DNA of 64,000 nt from Nemertoderma westbladi (taxonomy: Eukaryota; Animalia; Xenacoelomorpha): NCBI GenBank assembly GCA_032718475.1, contig JAUCBJ010006873.1:1-64000 (forward strand), read 5' to 3'. Position numbers and translations under genes: made by a program. A model generated the notes under the pieces. That model saw nothing but the letters and a program-made list of their open reading frames with translations. It searched no databases and was not told the DNA's origin. Numbering within the stretch: the stretch's first letter is position 1; each line of letters starts with the position of its first letter. Positions 22,864-34,124 of the stretch are shown piece by piece.

Positions 22864-25800
22864 TGCGCGGGCCGAAGTAGGTAAACCGCAACACACGGCG
22901 ACGGAAAGTAATAGGGGGACCGCGAGTGTCCCCAGCGGCGGGCGATCGAGCAGAGAGATGCAGGTTGACGCCGCGAGAGGGCGGACGGAGTGTCAAGCCC
23001 GATCAGAAGAGAGAAGAAGAACAGCGGAGTTTAACCGGGAGGTCAACGAGAGATCTCACGAGCGGGAATACTGCACTGAGGGAAGAAGAGGAGAAGATGA
23101 TAGGAGAAGCATCGCCGCGAACGATAGAAGAGTGAGGACGGATAGTGAGCCGTCGGTGATTGAGATGGAAGAAGAGAGTCGGTGGGGTCGAACTACGGGA
23201 GATTGCCGTCGTCCCGGAGAGACGCGACCCGACGAGGCGCACTACGCGCCGAGAGAGAGGTACGTGACGTACCGACGCGAAGAAGAGAGCAGCAGAGGGG
23301 GTCGAAGGGAAACTTTCCGTCGGGATGTACCTACCGATCGAGAATACGGTAGCCGCGGGGAGGACTATTCGAGAAGAATAAACTTCGATTCCGAGCACAT
23401 ACAGACTGTAGGACATACTGCAGGCCTTACTGCACATACCGTAGGCCATGCTGACAGGAGCACCGTAGGCGATAGGATAGCGCGGACAACGGGATTAGAC
23501 CCGGAAGTCGCGGAATACATTCCGGTAGGTAGGCCAGAAGCTGATAGGCCTATACCGGTACCAGTGCAGCAGTATGACTACAGCACCAAAGGTTATAACA
23601 TATACCCAGGGGAGGGGGGAATTATTGCGGATAAATGCATGGGCCCCAATATATTAACATCAACCCCAGTACCAAACATATTGGTGGGGGGGGGACAGGG
23701 TGACATTCCCCCATCGCAATATCAACAATATACCCCGATAGAAGCGAGAACGAATCCCTTGGACGAAAACAAATCGTGTGACACAGAAATATGGAGGGGG
23801 CCGCTACCCCCAATGATATACCCAAGTCAGAGGAGAGCAGAGAATAGAACGGGTGGACCGCACCAAGCAAGGGAAACCATGCAACACCCATCGAACCCAT
23901 TAGAGGCGCAAGCAGTGGGGATGGCCACGTTAATCGATGCGTTAAAAACAAGGATCGAGTTACCACCCGTGGAACCATTCAAATTCGATGGGAGTAGGCC
24001 GGAAGAATATCTTCAGTTTCGGCGCATGTATAGCAACGAGATACTAACAAAAAATTTGACGCAGGCGGAGTGCCTAAAGTATCTGCAAGTATACACGGGA
24101 GGCCCAGCATACGATATCGTGAGGCAATACCAGGGTATAGAAGGGGGCTTCACGACAGCATGGCGGGCACTGGACAGGGAATACGGGCACCCAGCCAAGA
24201 TCATCAGGCAAACCCTGAGAGGCATAACAACGGGTGGCCTACAGGATAATCCCGTTAGCATTAAGACGTTTGCTAACAAAGTTGAAAAGGCGCTGATCGT
24301 GTTAAAGACGTTGGACGCACCATACGAACTCAACGCGTCTAACAACATCACCACGATAGCGCAGGCACTGCCGATCTGGTTACGAAGGAAGTGGAGGAAA
24401 ATCGCTTTCTCCACACGGGAAGAGAAGGGTGTGGAACCGGGCCTAGAAGAGATGTCGAGCTTCTTGAACTATGAAGCCGAATTAATAACAGACCCAGTCT
24501 ATAGCGAGGATAGTTTGGGGACAAGCCATAAACCCGAACACGATCCTGCAGATCCATTCTCGAGAGTAGGACAATCACTACCACATGCGGCCACACAGGG
24601 GACTGCTAGTCCACAGTTAGCTGGTAGCAGGGCCACACCGTGGCGGGGACAGATTGAAAATAACACCATAAATAAACATAATCCCAATGTACCCAGTAGG
24701 CCGAATACAGACAACCAAAACACTAAATCGGTACATATAAACCTAGACGCGATACGTGAGGGACTATACAGGGAACGCTATAATCCAGGATTCGAATGTC
24801 AATTACATCGGGACGGAACACATAAGACCAGGAGTTGTAAGCACTGGCAAGCGTTGCCCAAACAAGATCGTATAGCCTACACAGACGCAAACGGACTATG
24901 TCATCGATGTGTGGTAGAAGGACACAGGTCCGGAGAATGTAGAGAAACAGCAGTCAGAGAGTCCGAGACTGGAGGCCAGGCAATGGCCACAAGCACGACA
25001 GAAGAGGAGAAGAAGAGAAAAGTACTACTCGGGGTAGTACCAGTAAAGATATCAGGAGAGGGCGGTCGATCAGTAACGACATTAATGCTGGTCGACAGCG
25101 GAGCAGCCTTCACGCTGGTGGAGAACTGGGTGGCCGAAGAGATAGGGCTAAAGACAAGGCCGAATAGAATGGCGGTGACTACCGTCTCGAGTAAAGATGA
25201 GGTCCTGGAGACGAGGGCGGGGCGGTGCAGGATAGCAGCGATTGCACCGGGATGCGACTATGGGGCGACGATCGACCCCATCCACATCATCGAATCGATA
25301 AACATCAACGCCAGGCGACCAACCAACATTGAGGTCGAGCAGTATAGATTCCTGGACGGTATCGATTTCTCAATACCAAAGGTGGACGTTAGGAAGGTGT
25401 CCATTATAGTAGGGATGGACTGCCCGACGGCCCACGAGAGAACGAAGACGGTCTTCGGCGAAGACAGGCAGCGGGACCCGACGGCGATCCTCACGCCGTT
25501 CGGATGGACGCTTAGCGGCCCAGTTAAAACTAAGATCCCATGCAGTGTGACAGAGACATCAGGGTGCATGTTACCAGGCACCGCAGGCGCAGAGGATGAA
25601 GAGGAGAAACAGGAGATAGTAGATCCAGATAGGGAGGTGACAGTAAGAAAGTGGGCAGAGGAGAGTAGGTTTCCCAGCAAGCATCGGTATGGAGATGGAG
25701 CGGAGCGGATGGCGAGGTGTCCGGAGGACAACACTCCGGGGGAGTGTCCAGAGGAGTGTCCGGAAGAGACGCAGGTCCGGTTTGGAGGCATACCGACAAG

Positions 25801-26101
25801 GGGGAAGTCGAGAAGGAAGGCAGGATGGAAAGGGATAGGACTATTATTCTACCTTCTGTTTTGCCTGTTCTTTCACTTTCTATTCATTCTGCCGGCGGGA
25901 GACAACAAGGAGGGAGGTGGCATTTTGACGCCAGAGGGCGAGATAGTTAAGAAGGGGGCGGAGAGACCCGATTTCAGAGTGGCAGAAGAGGGAGAACCAA
26001 TTCCTGGTGAGATGGAATTGGCGAAGAGAGTGCGGCGAATTCTACAGGACCTACAAGATCAGCAGTGGGAGAGTGCCTGTTGGAAGAATCGCCCTAGTTA
26101 A
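22769..26101 (+). CDS. BEL/Pao Gag (DUF1759-like) + zinc knuckles + aspartic protease, with a C-terminal hydrophobic segment
   Basis: LPPVEPFKFDG, LKYLQVYTGGPA, CQLH..H...SC, CHRCVVEGHRSGEC, LVDSGAAFT, ILTPFGWTLSGP; no YxDD, RNase H or DDE after it. Confidence 0.85.
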   Translation: MAGGGGLRAPHREKLVTRGGGAESVPQASADNARAEVGKPQHTATESNRGTASVPSGGRSSREMQVDAARGRTECQARSEERRRTAEFNREVNERSHEREYCTEGRRGEDDRRSIAANDRRVRTDSEPSVIEMEEESRWGRTTGDCRRPGETRPDEAHYAPRERYVTYRREEESSRGGRRETFRRDVPTDREYGSRGEDYSRRINFDSEHIQTVGHTAGLTAHTVGHADRSTVGDRIARTTGLDPEVAEYIPVGRPEADRPIPVPVQQYDYSTKGYNIYPGEGGIIADKCMGPNILTSTPVPNILVGGGQGDIPPSQYQQYTPIEARTNPLDENKSCDTEIWRGPLPPMIYPSQRRAENRTGGPHQARETMQHPSNPLEAQAVGMATLIDALKTRIELPPVEPFKFDGSRPEEYLQFRRMYSNEILTKNLTQAECLKYLQVYTGGPAYDIVRQYQGIEGGFTTAWRALDREYGHPAKIIRQTLRGITTGGLQDNPVSIKTFANKVEKALIVLKTLDAPYELNASNNITTIAQALPIWLRRKWRKIAFSTREEKGVEPGLEEMSSFLNYEAELITDPVYSEDSLGTSHKPEHDPADPFSRVGQSLPHAATQGTASPQLAGSRATPWRGQIENNTINKHNPNVPSRPNTDNQNTKSVHINLDAIREGLYRERYNPGFECQLHRDGTHKTRSCKHWQALPKQDRIAYTDANGLCHRCVVEGHRSGECRETAVRESETGGQAMATSTTEEEKKRKVLLGVVPVKISGEGGRSVTTLMLVDSGAAFTLVENWVAEEIGLKTRPNRMAVTTVSSKDEVLETRAGRCRIAAIAPGCDYGATIDPIHIIESININARRPTNIEVEQYRFLDGIDFSIPKVDVRKVSIIVGMDCPTAHERTKTVFGEDRQRDPTAILTPFGWTLSGPVKTKIPCSVTETSGCMLPGTAGAEDEEEKQEIVDPDREVTVRKWAEESRFPSKHRYGDGAERMARCPEDNTPGECPEECPEETQVRFGGIPTRGKSRRKAGWKGIGLLFYLLFCLFFHFLFILPAGDNKEGGGILTPEGEIVKKGAERPDFRVAEEGEPIPGEMELAKRVRRILQDLQDQQWESACWKNRPS

Positions 26102-26294
26102 GAGGTTTAGTCGTCCAATATTTTGGACTGAGGGGGGTGGGAATGAGGGCGAGACGCCCTTCCCACAAGAAATTAATTATTTAATTAAAAATAAATAATA
26201 ATAAATAATTAAATAATTAAAAATAATAGTTAGTAGAAGTAAGAAGTAGTTCGAAGATAGGAGAGTAGAGTTAGAAGGCGGCGGGGTAAGGGAG

Positions 26295-26660
26295 TGTGGC
26301 ATATTGTCATGCCACGAGTAGTAGTAGGGGGGTCGTGGGCACCGGAAGCGCCACGTAGAAAGTAGCAGTGGTAGAGTGGTTGTGGGCACCGGAAGCGCCA
26401 CGTAGAAAGTAGTAGCAGAGATTGGTTGTGGGCACCACGAGCGCCACGTAGATAGAGGGTTTTAGTTAGAGTTAGTAGTAGAGTGGTTGTGGGCACCGTT
26501 AGCGCCACGTAGATGGAGGTAGAGTTAGTAAGAGGGTACGTAGTACCGGTTGTGGTTGTGGGCACCGTTAGCGCCACGTAGATGGAGATAGAGTTAGTAA
26601 GAGGGTACGTAGTACCGGTTGTGGTTGTGGGCACCGTTAGCGCCACGTAGATAGAGATAG
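26295..26660 (+). repeat. Array of six conserved hairpin-forming units with variable spacers in the BEL 3' region
   Basis: GGTYGTGGGCACC-NNN-AGCGCCACGTAGA x6, preceded by hairpin GTGGCAT-ATTGTC-ATGCCAC. Confidence 0.85.
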
Positions 26661-27232
26661 AGTTAGTTGGAGGATTTTAGTCAGAGTTAGAAAAGAGTTA
26701 GTAGACTTAGCAGAAGGTTAGAGAGTTCTAGTTAGAGTTAGTAGAAAGTTAGAGGCTTTTAGTTAGAGCTAAAAGTAGTAAGAGTTAGCAGAGAGTAGAG
26801 TTAGTAGTTAGTAGAGTTAGATAGTTAGGGTTAGTAAGTTAGATAAGGTAGATAGTATGATAGCACAGGGGTAGCATTAGAGGTCAGGGCCTTAGAGAGT
26901 GGCAGAGATTAGAGAGGAAATAGTGAGAAGAGCTGTTGGCGAGAAGTTAAGAGTGCGATTCAGGCGTGGGGAGAGAGCGAGTTGAGTTAGAGAGCGAAGT
27001 TAGAATGGTGAGAGTGTTGGGGAAACAAAAATTGTGTGAGAGAAGCGCACGATCGGCCCGACACGAGACGCCGGAGGGTAGTGACATCATACCCATAGGG
27101 AGCGGCCTGGAAAGCCGACTCCAAAAGAAAAGATTTCCACCCCACACCCGATGCTAGATCGGGATCCAGCGGGATTGTAACGCACTTTATGGTTTGATGC
27201 TATCTTCACCAGGAAGATAGCATGGGGGGGAG

Positions 27233-27770
27233 TGTTAGCGAATCAATCCCGCCAATACTCCACAAAGTTAAGCCAATAAGCAATATTGGGGGACACGAGA
27301 TTAGGTCCCAAACCAACTCGTGTCTCCCCAACAGAATGGGAAGGAGAAGCACACAATAAGGGTCAGGGGTTAGTATCCTGACAAGGGAGAGAATAGCTGG
27401 GGTGAACGGGAACACCTCAAAGGGCGCCAACAAGGGTAGCAACCAATCAGAGGGGGGCTGGCACCGATTGAGTAGCAATAAGGCCACCGTGCGATATAAC
27501 CAGTAAGCAGTAATCATATTACCTCAGTTATCTCAGTGTTACTGGTGGTACAGTAAGTTACAATTAGGGAAGTACCGGGATTTTAGTTACCGTCATCCCG
27601 TCAACCTGTGAACGTCAGTGTATAACATCAATCTATATCTATATCTATATCACGTCTCAAGATCACAATATAACGAACAACAGTAACCTCAACTTACACT
27701 CTTTCACACGGCGGGGACGCGTGAACTAAAACAGGATAAATCGGGTTCATCTCCGGATGATCCCGTCACA
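27233..27770 (+). repeat. 3' LTR
   Basis: Copy of 19672-20209 directly after the PPT. Confidence 0.95.
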
Positions 27771-28012
27771 TTGTCCGTGGGGCAATAATCTGGGTGCTAA
27801 TAGTCCGGGAGGAATTGTCCGGGGGGCAATTGTCCTCGGGGGAAATTGTCCGTGGGCACTAGAACGGGGCGAAATTGTCCTCGGGGGGCAATTGTCTGGG
27901 GGGCACTTGTCCTCGAGGGGCAATTGCCCGGGGGCAATTGTCCTCGGATTAATTGTCCGCGGGGCAATAAGTCCGTGAAGGAATTGTCCTCGTGGGGCAG
28001 TTGTCCAGTCAC
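27771..28012. repeat. GGGGCAATTGTCC subterminal-type repeat array (MITE arm) that the BEL element inserted into
   Basis: ~14 imperfect 15-16-bp units; one more unit (GGGGGGTAATTGTC) lies left of the 5' LTR at 19658-19671. Confidence 0.7.
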
Positions 28013-29927
28013 GCGTAAATTGACAAGTTATATTTAACTAGCACAATTAAAATATTGGACTCTTAAAATTTCCTTTTGTCCAAGTGTAGTTAATATAATA
28101 TGTTTCTTGTTCTAAGATAAGGTAGGTTCTGTTTCATGAATTTGGAATTATCTCTACACAAGTAGGAATCACTAATTCTCTGACGTATTCAAAATGGGCG
28201 CGACTTTTCTATAAGTACCCAAATAAATGTCAGGAAATTGCGTCAATAGGATTTGATAAATGGTTTATTAAGTAGAATGTGCGTAATATTTTGTTAAAAC
28301 CATAAATAATGAAGTATTCATTAGGGCCTATAGATGCTGAATGGTTGGCCGTCATATTATATTTCCAGTAAGTTTGTGGTGAATGTTTCGTAAAGGTTAA
28401 TATTACCGAGATAGTAAGCCTTATGCTAATCCACTAGCTAACCTACTTAAAATGTTTAGATGCATTAGATTCACCTGTTATTAATAGCCATAAGAGTCAC
28501 TTCACCCCCATCATGGCTTCTCGTTTACCTCTATAGCTACTAGTTCAGGGCAATCCATTTAGTTTAGCGAAGATAATTTATTAGCTTGAAGGTAAAAGGC
28601 ATCAACTAGTATTAATGTTGATGGCCGAACCAGCTGGGGACATAAAATCTGGTTAAACAAAACCAATATATCGTATGACAATGTTCTTCGTTGTGGTATA
28701 ATAATCTCATAGTTTTATAAATAATTAATGTAATTTACTGCGCGTAAACTAGAAAATGTCAGGCAAATGCAATAAATTGAATGTTTGTTGATCAAGGTAA
28801 TTTGCAGCGTTTTCAGCTTAGCCTTAATTAATTACAAATAAACTTTTTCCAAACCCACCGTTGTTTTTACGAGATATGATATTATGTGGAAACATTAATG
28901 GGACTTGTACGTAAATGTTCCACAAAAGATGGTGTAGGGCCCGAGTACTATTTCATTGTGTAAAGTAATCGTTCATTGCGGTCGAGTTTGGGCGTCACAG
29001 TGTTTGCAGTATTGGAATATATTTTTTGCATATATCGTATCTCCCAATATTCATTAGAGATTTTCGTTGGCGAAATATTGTTAAATTAAATTGTATGCGA
29101 TTAATCAATATTTGATTGAAAATCAAATTTCTTGGGTTAATCGTATATTTCGATGAATTCCGGATGAAATGTAGAAGTTCTAGGTGTGATAACACCAGTA
29201 CTAAGCTATAACAATAACAGATAGCAGATCATAACAATATGATATTGATTAACAATAATGGGTAGCGCTCAACCTTACAATTACGAGTTTAATTAGGATG
29301 GCACGGAGGTTTAGGTGTACATTCTACCTACAACAATTAATAATGTAATATAATACAATATTGTGGAGAAGGCAGTGGAGAAGCTTTCGTTTGTTATTTA
29401 GCGAACTGTTCCATTTCATATAAATTATTAATTTTTTGCTTACAGAGGCTGATGAACACCTTCTCCAGCCGGCTAGAACATGGTAAACGGCCATATTGAA
29501 TGCTCGATTCGACATTCTGCCGGGAATTAATACCAAAATTGTTATCATGTCGTACAACACCAATAATGATTAATAAATATATTACCAAAAGGGATATTGT
29601 GAACTTATTTAAAATGTGACTTTACTTAATTCTTGAGGTAAAATAAAATTGCGCAATGTGCCACCCCCCCCCCCCCCCCCCCCAGAACTATACTCCCCAA
29701 AGGCAACTGGTGCTCATTTACCTACTATTTAATGAACAAGGCATGACACCTATTCGTGTGGCATTACAGGAGAGGTTAAAAAGCCTATCCTGTGTGAAAA
29801 TGTTTGAAAATAATACGGAATTTCGGAATTTCGTAACCTAGATACTGTTCTCTAAACAATTTCTTTAAATAATAATTGATTTATATATTTATTATTGATA
29901 AATTTTACATGAATGAATGAAACTTAC

Positions 29928-30304
29928 CTGTCAATACTGATGACGAGGATGTTAATGATGCTGGCATGGCAACAAGTATAATCCATAGTTAGCCAGGCAT
30001 CGCAAACAATACTGCCGAAGGGCCACCAGTTGAGAATCAAATAGATGGTGAAGAACGGTATTGAGAATAAACCCACGAGACAGTCGGCCAGAGCCAAACT
30101 GAGGAGGAAGAGGTTACTGGTTCGTTGCAACCTGCGGTCTGTACGGTAGGCTACCATTACTAGGATGTTACCGCCGAATGTTAGAACGCTGAATATCAGA
30201 GCTATCAGACTCCCGAAGAAGACGGCTGGAATGTTCCAGTTGCCGTTTGTAGTTGTTTGTGTCGTCGTCTCTGTTGTCAACAACTCAGTTGCGTTATCGG
30301 CCAT
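29928..30304 (-). CDS. GPCR first coding exon (N-terminus, TM1-TM3), muscarinic/histamine-type amine receptor
   Basis: MADNAT (N-glycosylation site), GNILV, SNLFLLSLALADCLVG, WPFGSIVCDAWLTMDYTCCHASIINILVISIDR (Asp3.32 present); donor AG|gtaagt at 29928/29927; acceptor at 30385/30384 and in-frame upstream TAG support ATG 30304. Confidence 0.92.
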
Positions 30305-30621
30305 CTCGAACTCGGTAGTGTTCGCTATTGTCGGTAGGCACAATGCCTAAACTTCCTCTTTCGAGTTGATTGACAGTTAATTATCTGCATAAAAATTTAT
30401 TTCATTGACTTAATGTGGATTTTATCAAAGAAATGAAATGCATAACATCTAATTAAATTATATATCCTTTATTATCATCTCATCACTGCGTTTCTATGTT
30501 GTATTGCCTTCATATTTCCTTTGGAATTATTCTTAGTTTGTTTTGTTCAATTTATAAAAAATCATTATGTTTGAAAAATAACAATTATTATCCAGCAACA
30601 TATGTTTTTTAACAGTTGTTT

Positions 30622-30920
30622 ATTATAATCAGTATATAATATTAATTATAATCAGTATATAATATTAATTATAATCAGTATATAATATTAATTATAATCA
30701 GTATATAATATTAATTATAATCAGTATATAATATTAATTATAATCAGTATATAATATTAATTATAATCAGTATATAATATTAATTATAATCAGTATATAA
30801 TATTAATTATAATCAGTATATAATATTAATTATAATCAGTATATAATATTAATTATAATCAGTATATAATATTAATTATAATCAGTATATAATATTAATT
30901 ATAATCAGTATATAATATTA
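30622..30920. repeat. Perfect 23-bp minisatellite (13 copies)
   Basis: Unit ATTATAATCAGTATATAATATTA. Confidence 0.95.
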
Positions 30921-33900
30921 CAATTACAACTTAGCAGAATTTTACATAAAACTTTAGCACCAAAAGAAGCATAATAACGAAAAGTTATGATATATAAGTT
31001 ATGATAAATTATAATATATTTATTTATATATTTGTTATAGATAATATAATGTTAATGTTAAATAATAATTCATAATGTTAAATATATAATGTTTTGTAAG
31101 GTCCCAATATTCACTACATTACATCGCAATTAAACCAGGCATTAATGTCAATTCCTTTAATTAACTTGCAAATTTAAACATCATCACCTTGTTTGTAGAA
31201 GTCGCTTTGATATTATTTTCTAATTTCACTTTTAATTAATTTTCATTTTAATGAGCGACATTTGATGCGTGTTCAATGTAAATCGATGATGAATTTTGAA
31301 ATTTTTTCATTGTTATGGAATTATGAAATTGTATACGTAAAACAACATATCATTCATTCATATTATAATATACCTCATTTTATATACCATGCTAAGTATG
31401 ACTACCCGCAGAATTGTGTGTTTTAGAATTTACTGAAAATTTGTTACAATTTTATGAAAAGACAAAAGTTGAAAGTTAGGCAGATCACACGACCATGAAC
31501 AGTATAGTTCATAGAATTGAGTGTCCAGTAGTAATGTGCTGATTGTGCCACATTGCATCGCTTAACCAGAAAGACATTGGTAGATTGGTTCAAAGTAAAT
31601 TGGCAGGCATCATAAATAACAGTTATTTTCGTTTCTATTTGGCCTGTATACTAGTAGGAAGTTGTGTTGGGAATACATGGGAATTGGGAGGCAATAGGAA
31701 ATATCAATAGATTGCAATCAATTGATACCATGTAATTTGGGGATTGAATAGCAATGGATCCATACCAAATTAATCACTGTCATATGAATCACTATTAAAT
31801 AAAAGCCATCAATTATATTACCATCCGTTGGTAAATGTCATAAGTAATTCCATGGGGAATGCAGTTGATGGTGATTCAATTGGCCCAAATGTGGGTGAAT
31901 CTTTGAAACTTTGCATTCATACAACTTCAACCAGATCGCGGGGACCATAGGACCTCCACAGAGATGTAAAATCCCTCACCAAGGGGGAACTTTCTAGGGC
32001 TGCATCCCCAAGCCTTTGTATCCACGCACACACCACGTGGTATGTTATGCTATGATACATGATCTGTAGATCTGCTATGATACATTGGTTCAAAGTATTA
32101 TCTCTCTTATGTTAGAAACAACCACAAATTCACCCCCACCCCTCACTACAATAATATTAATATTAAATTTATCTTTTATCTTTTATGTAATAGTACTTAT
32201 TTTTTGAACATTTGTGCTATGGTTCTACCATACAATACTATTGTACTGGTGTACCTTATTGTGTAAGTTTAATAATAATAAAAGTATATTATGTAAGAGC
32301 GTAATAAATGTGTATTTGTTTTTTTTATTTTCTAGGTAGTCGTTGGCGGGTTTTGTATTATAGAAAATCTATTTTTGTATTTGATTACATTATCATAGTA
32401 AATATAAGACGGAGGTCTAATTAAAAATATTTAATATATTCTACAGATAATATCATATTATATTATTATTAATTAGTCATAAGTAAACTATCATAAATTC
32501 TATAATGGGTACAAAATTTCACAGCGGGAATATAGTAAATAAGTATTCATTCAGCAATATTCCACAGGCTCACACTGAGAGAAAGGGAATCCATTATGGT
32601 ATAATGTTGTTATCCCATGCAATACAGCCCAATGGTTGGTGATTCAGTATTCTGATACCTGTGTACCGTATTTATTTCTATTAATTAACTATTTGTACAG
32701 TATTTATTCCTATTAATGTAGATTGTAACAGAGTTATAGGAAGGGAAGTCATGTTGTTACCAGTACCGGCAGCCCTGTACTCTATGTACAGTCTAAACAT
32801 AATAATTATGATAATATAATATAAAGGATATCTTATATTTCATTTTTAATATTTTAATATGCGGATCACGATCATTTATTATTTACAGTAATATTTCCTC
32901 TAGAGTTAACAATTGTTGCTTTGTTGATAAAATCGAATTTATAGTTATTATTATTATCTATTACACCGAAGCAACCCTGAATAAAAGTGTCTGTGTAGTG
33001 CCAATCACTGTCAATGTAATCGCATAAAACACAAGATTTCAGTGGTCGACTTATGTTCCATCTCCAGTAATTGGTCTCCAGTTGCAGAGGCATGGTGGGA
33101 CACAAGTTATCTTTGTAAATCTAATTTGACACTCTGGTGACGTTCATGTCGAAATATTATTTTGATATTAAATAACATAATCACTATAGAGGAAATGCTT
33201 GTAATGGGTTTATGGAAGCAGGTGTCATATGTAAGGTGTCTGCCAGTGATTGGCAGTTAGCGCTAGATTATCCATCTTGGGTACTATGGATTATATGGTT
33301 GTGTTATTATTTTTTTTCTCATGAGTGACATTTCTAGTAGAAATTATTATAGATTTCTTTCATTTGTATAATTGACTGTTTTATTATTTTTTTTCTGGAA
33401 TTACAACCCAAATAATTTTTTACCTGGTTTTTATTCTAGGATAATATAAAAAAACTAAATAAATTTCTTGGATATTTCAAAGCATTGTAAAGTTCAAGTT
33501 TTCAAGTTTCAAAGCATGTATCCATTGCAGAAACACGCACTGAATCCAATATTAATCCACTGATCATTACACTGATACACAGATTTTAATCAATATACAG
33601 AGACAGCCAAACAATATCAGAGTTGAAGAACACTGATAATTTTCTTACAATATGAATGTCTAAAAAAATCATTATTAACCCACCTGATATGTCTATGTTC
33701 AGTCTGGAGGTTATCGATTTCTGAAAATTTCATAATGGATTGAATTCTACCTGAATTGCGAATTTGGTATGAGAAGAGATTATAATATAAGACGTGCGCG
33801 TTTTGTTACACATCAGCGTTGGAAAACACTGACCTACAGCTGTAGGCTATATGGTACGGTACCGGTAGATTACTGACAAACTCCCAGTATTATATTTAGA

Positions 33901-34124
33901 TTATTTGTTTACCGGTTTAAATTTAATTAATATAAAATGCCATCACTATGATATCTCCGTTATTTCGTTGGGATAATATGCAGAGATTTATTTACCCCAA
34001 CTTGATAATTTGTGGGCCCGTTGAGGCCAAAATGAAAGCCTTTATCGAAACCAATAATTAAAACAGTAGCTAAGCCGATGAAAAATTATCAAATCTTTTC
34101 AGTTGTAAAATCCAATAAATCTGG

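Larger units (their letters stand above)
19672..27770 (+). mobile_element. BEL/Pao LTR retrotransposon, non-autonomous (gag-pro only), recent insertion
   Basis: 538-bp TG...CA LTRs at 19672-20209 and 27233-27770 that look identical; 5-bp TSD TTGTC (19667-19671, 27771-27775); PPT (G run + AG) ending 27232. Confidence 0.95.

Noticed and set aside
20186-22896. Long antisense ORFs in the BEL element
   Set aside because: Shadow ORFs of GC-rich, repetitive sense coding sequence
26330-26660. CRISPR-like repeat-spacer array
   Set aside because: Eukaryotic retroelement context, spacers are low-complexity and partly duplicated, no cas genes
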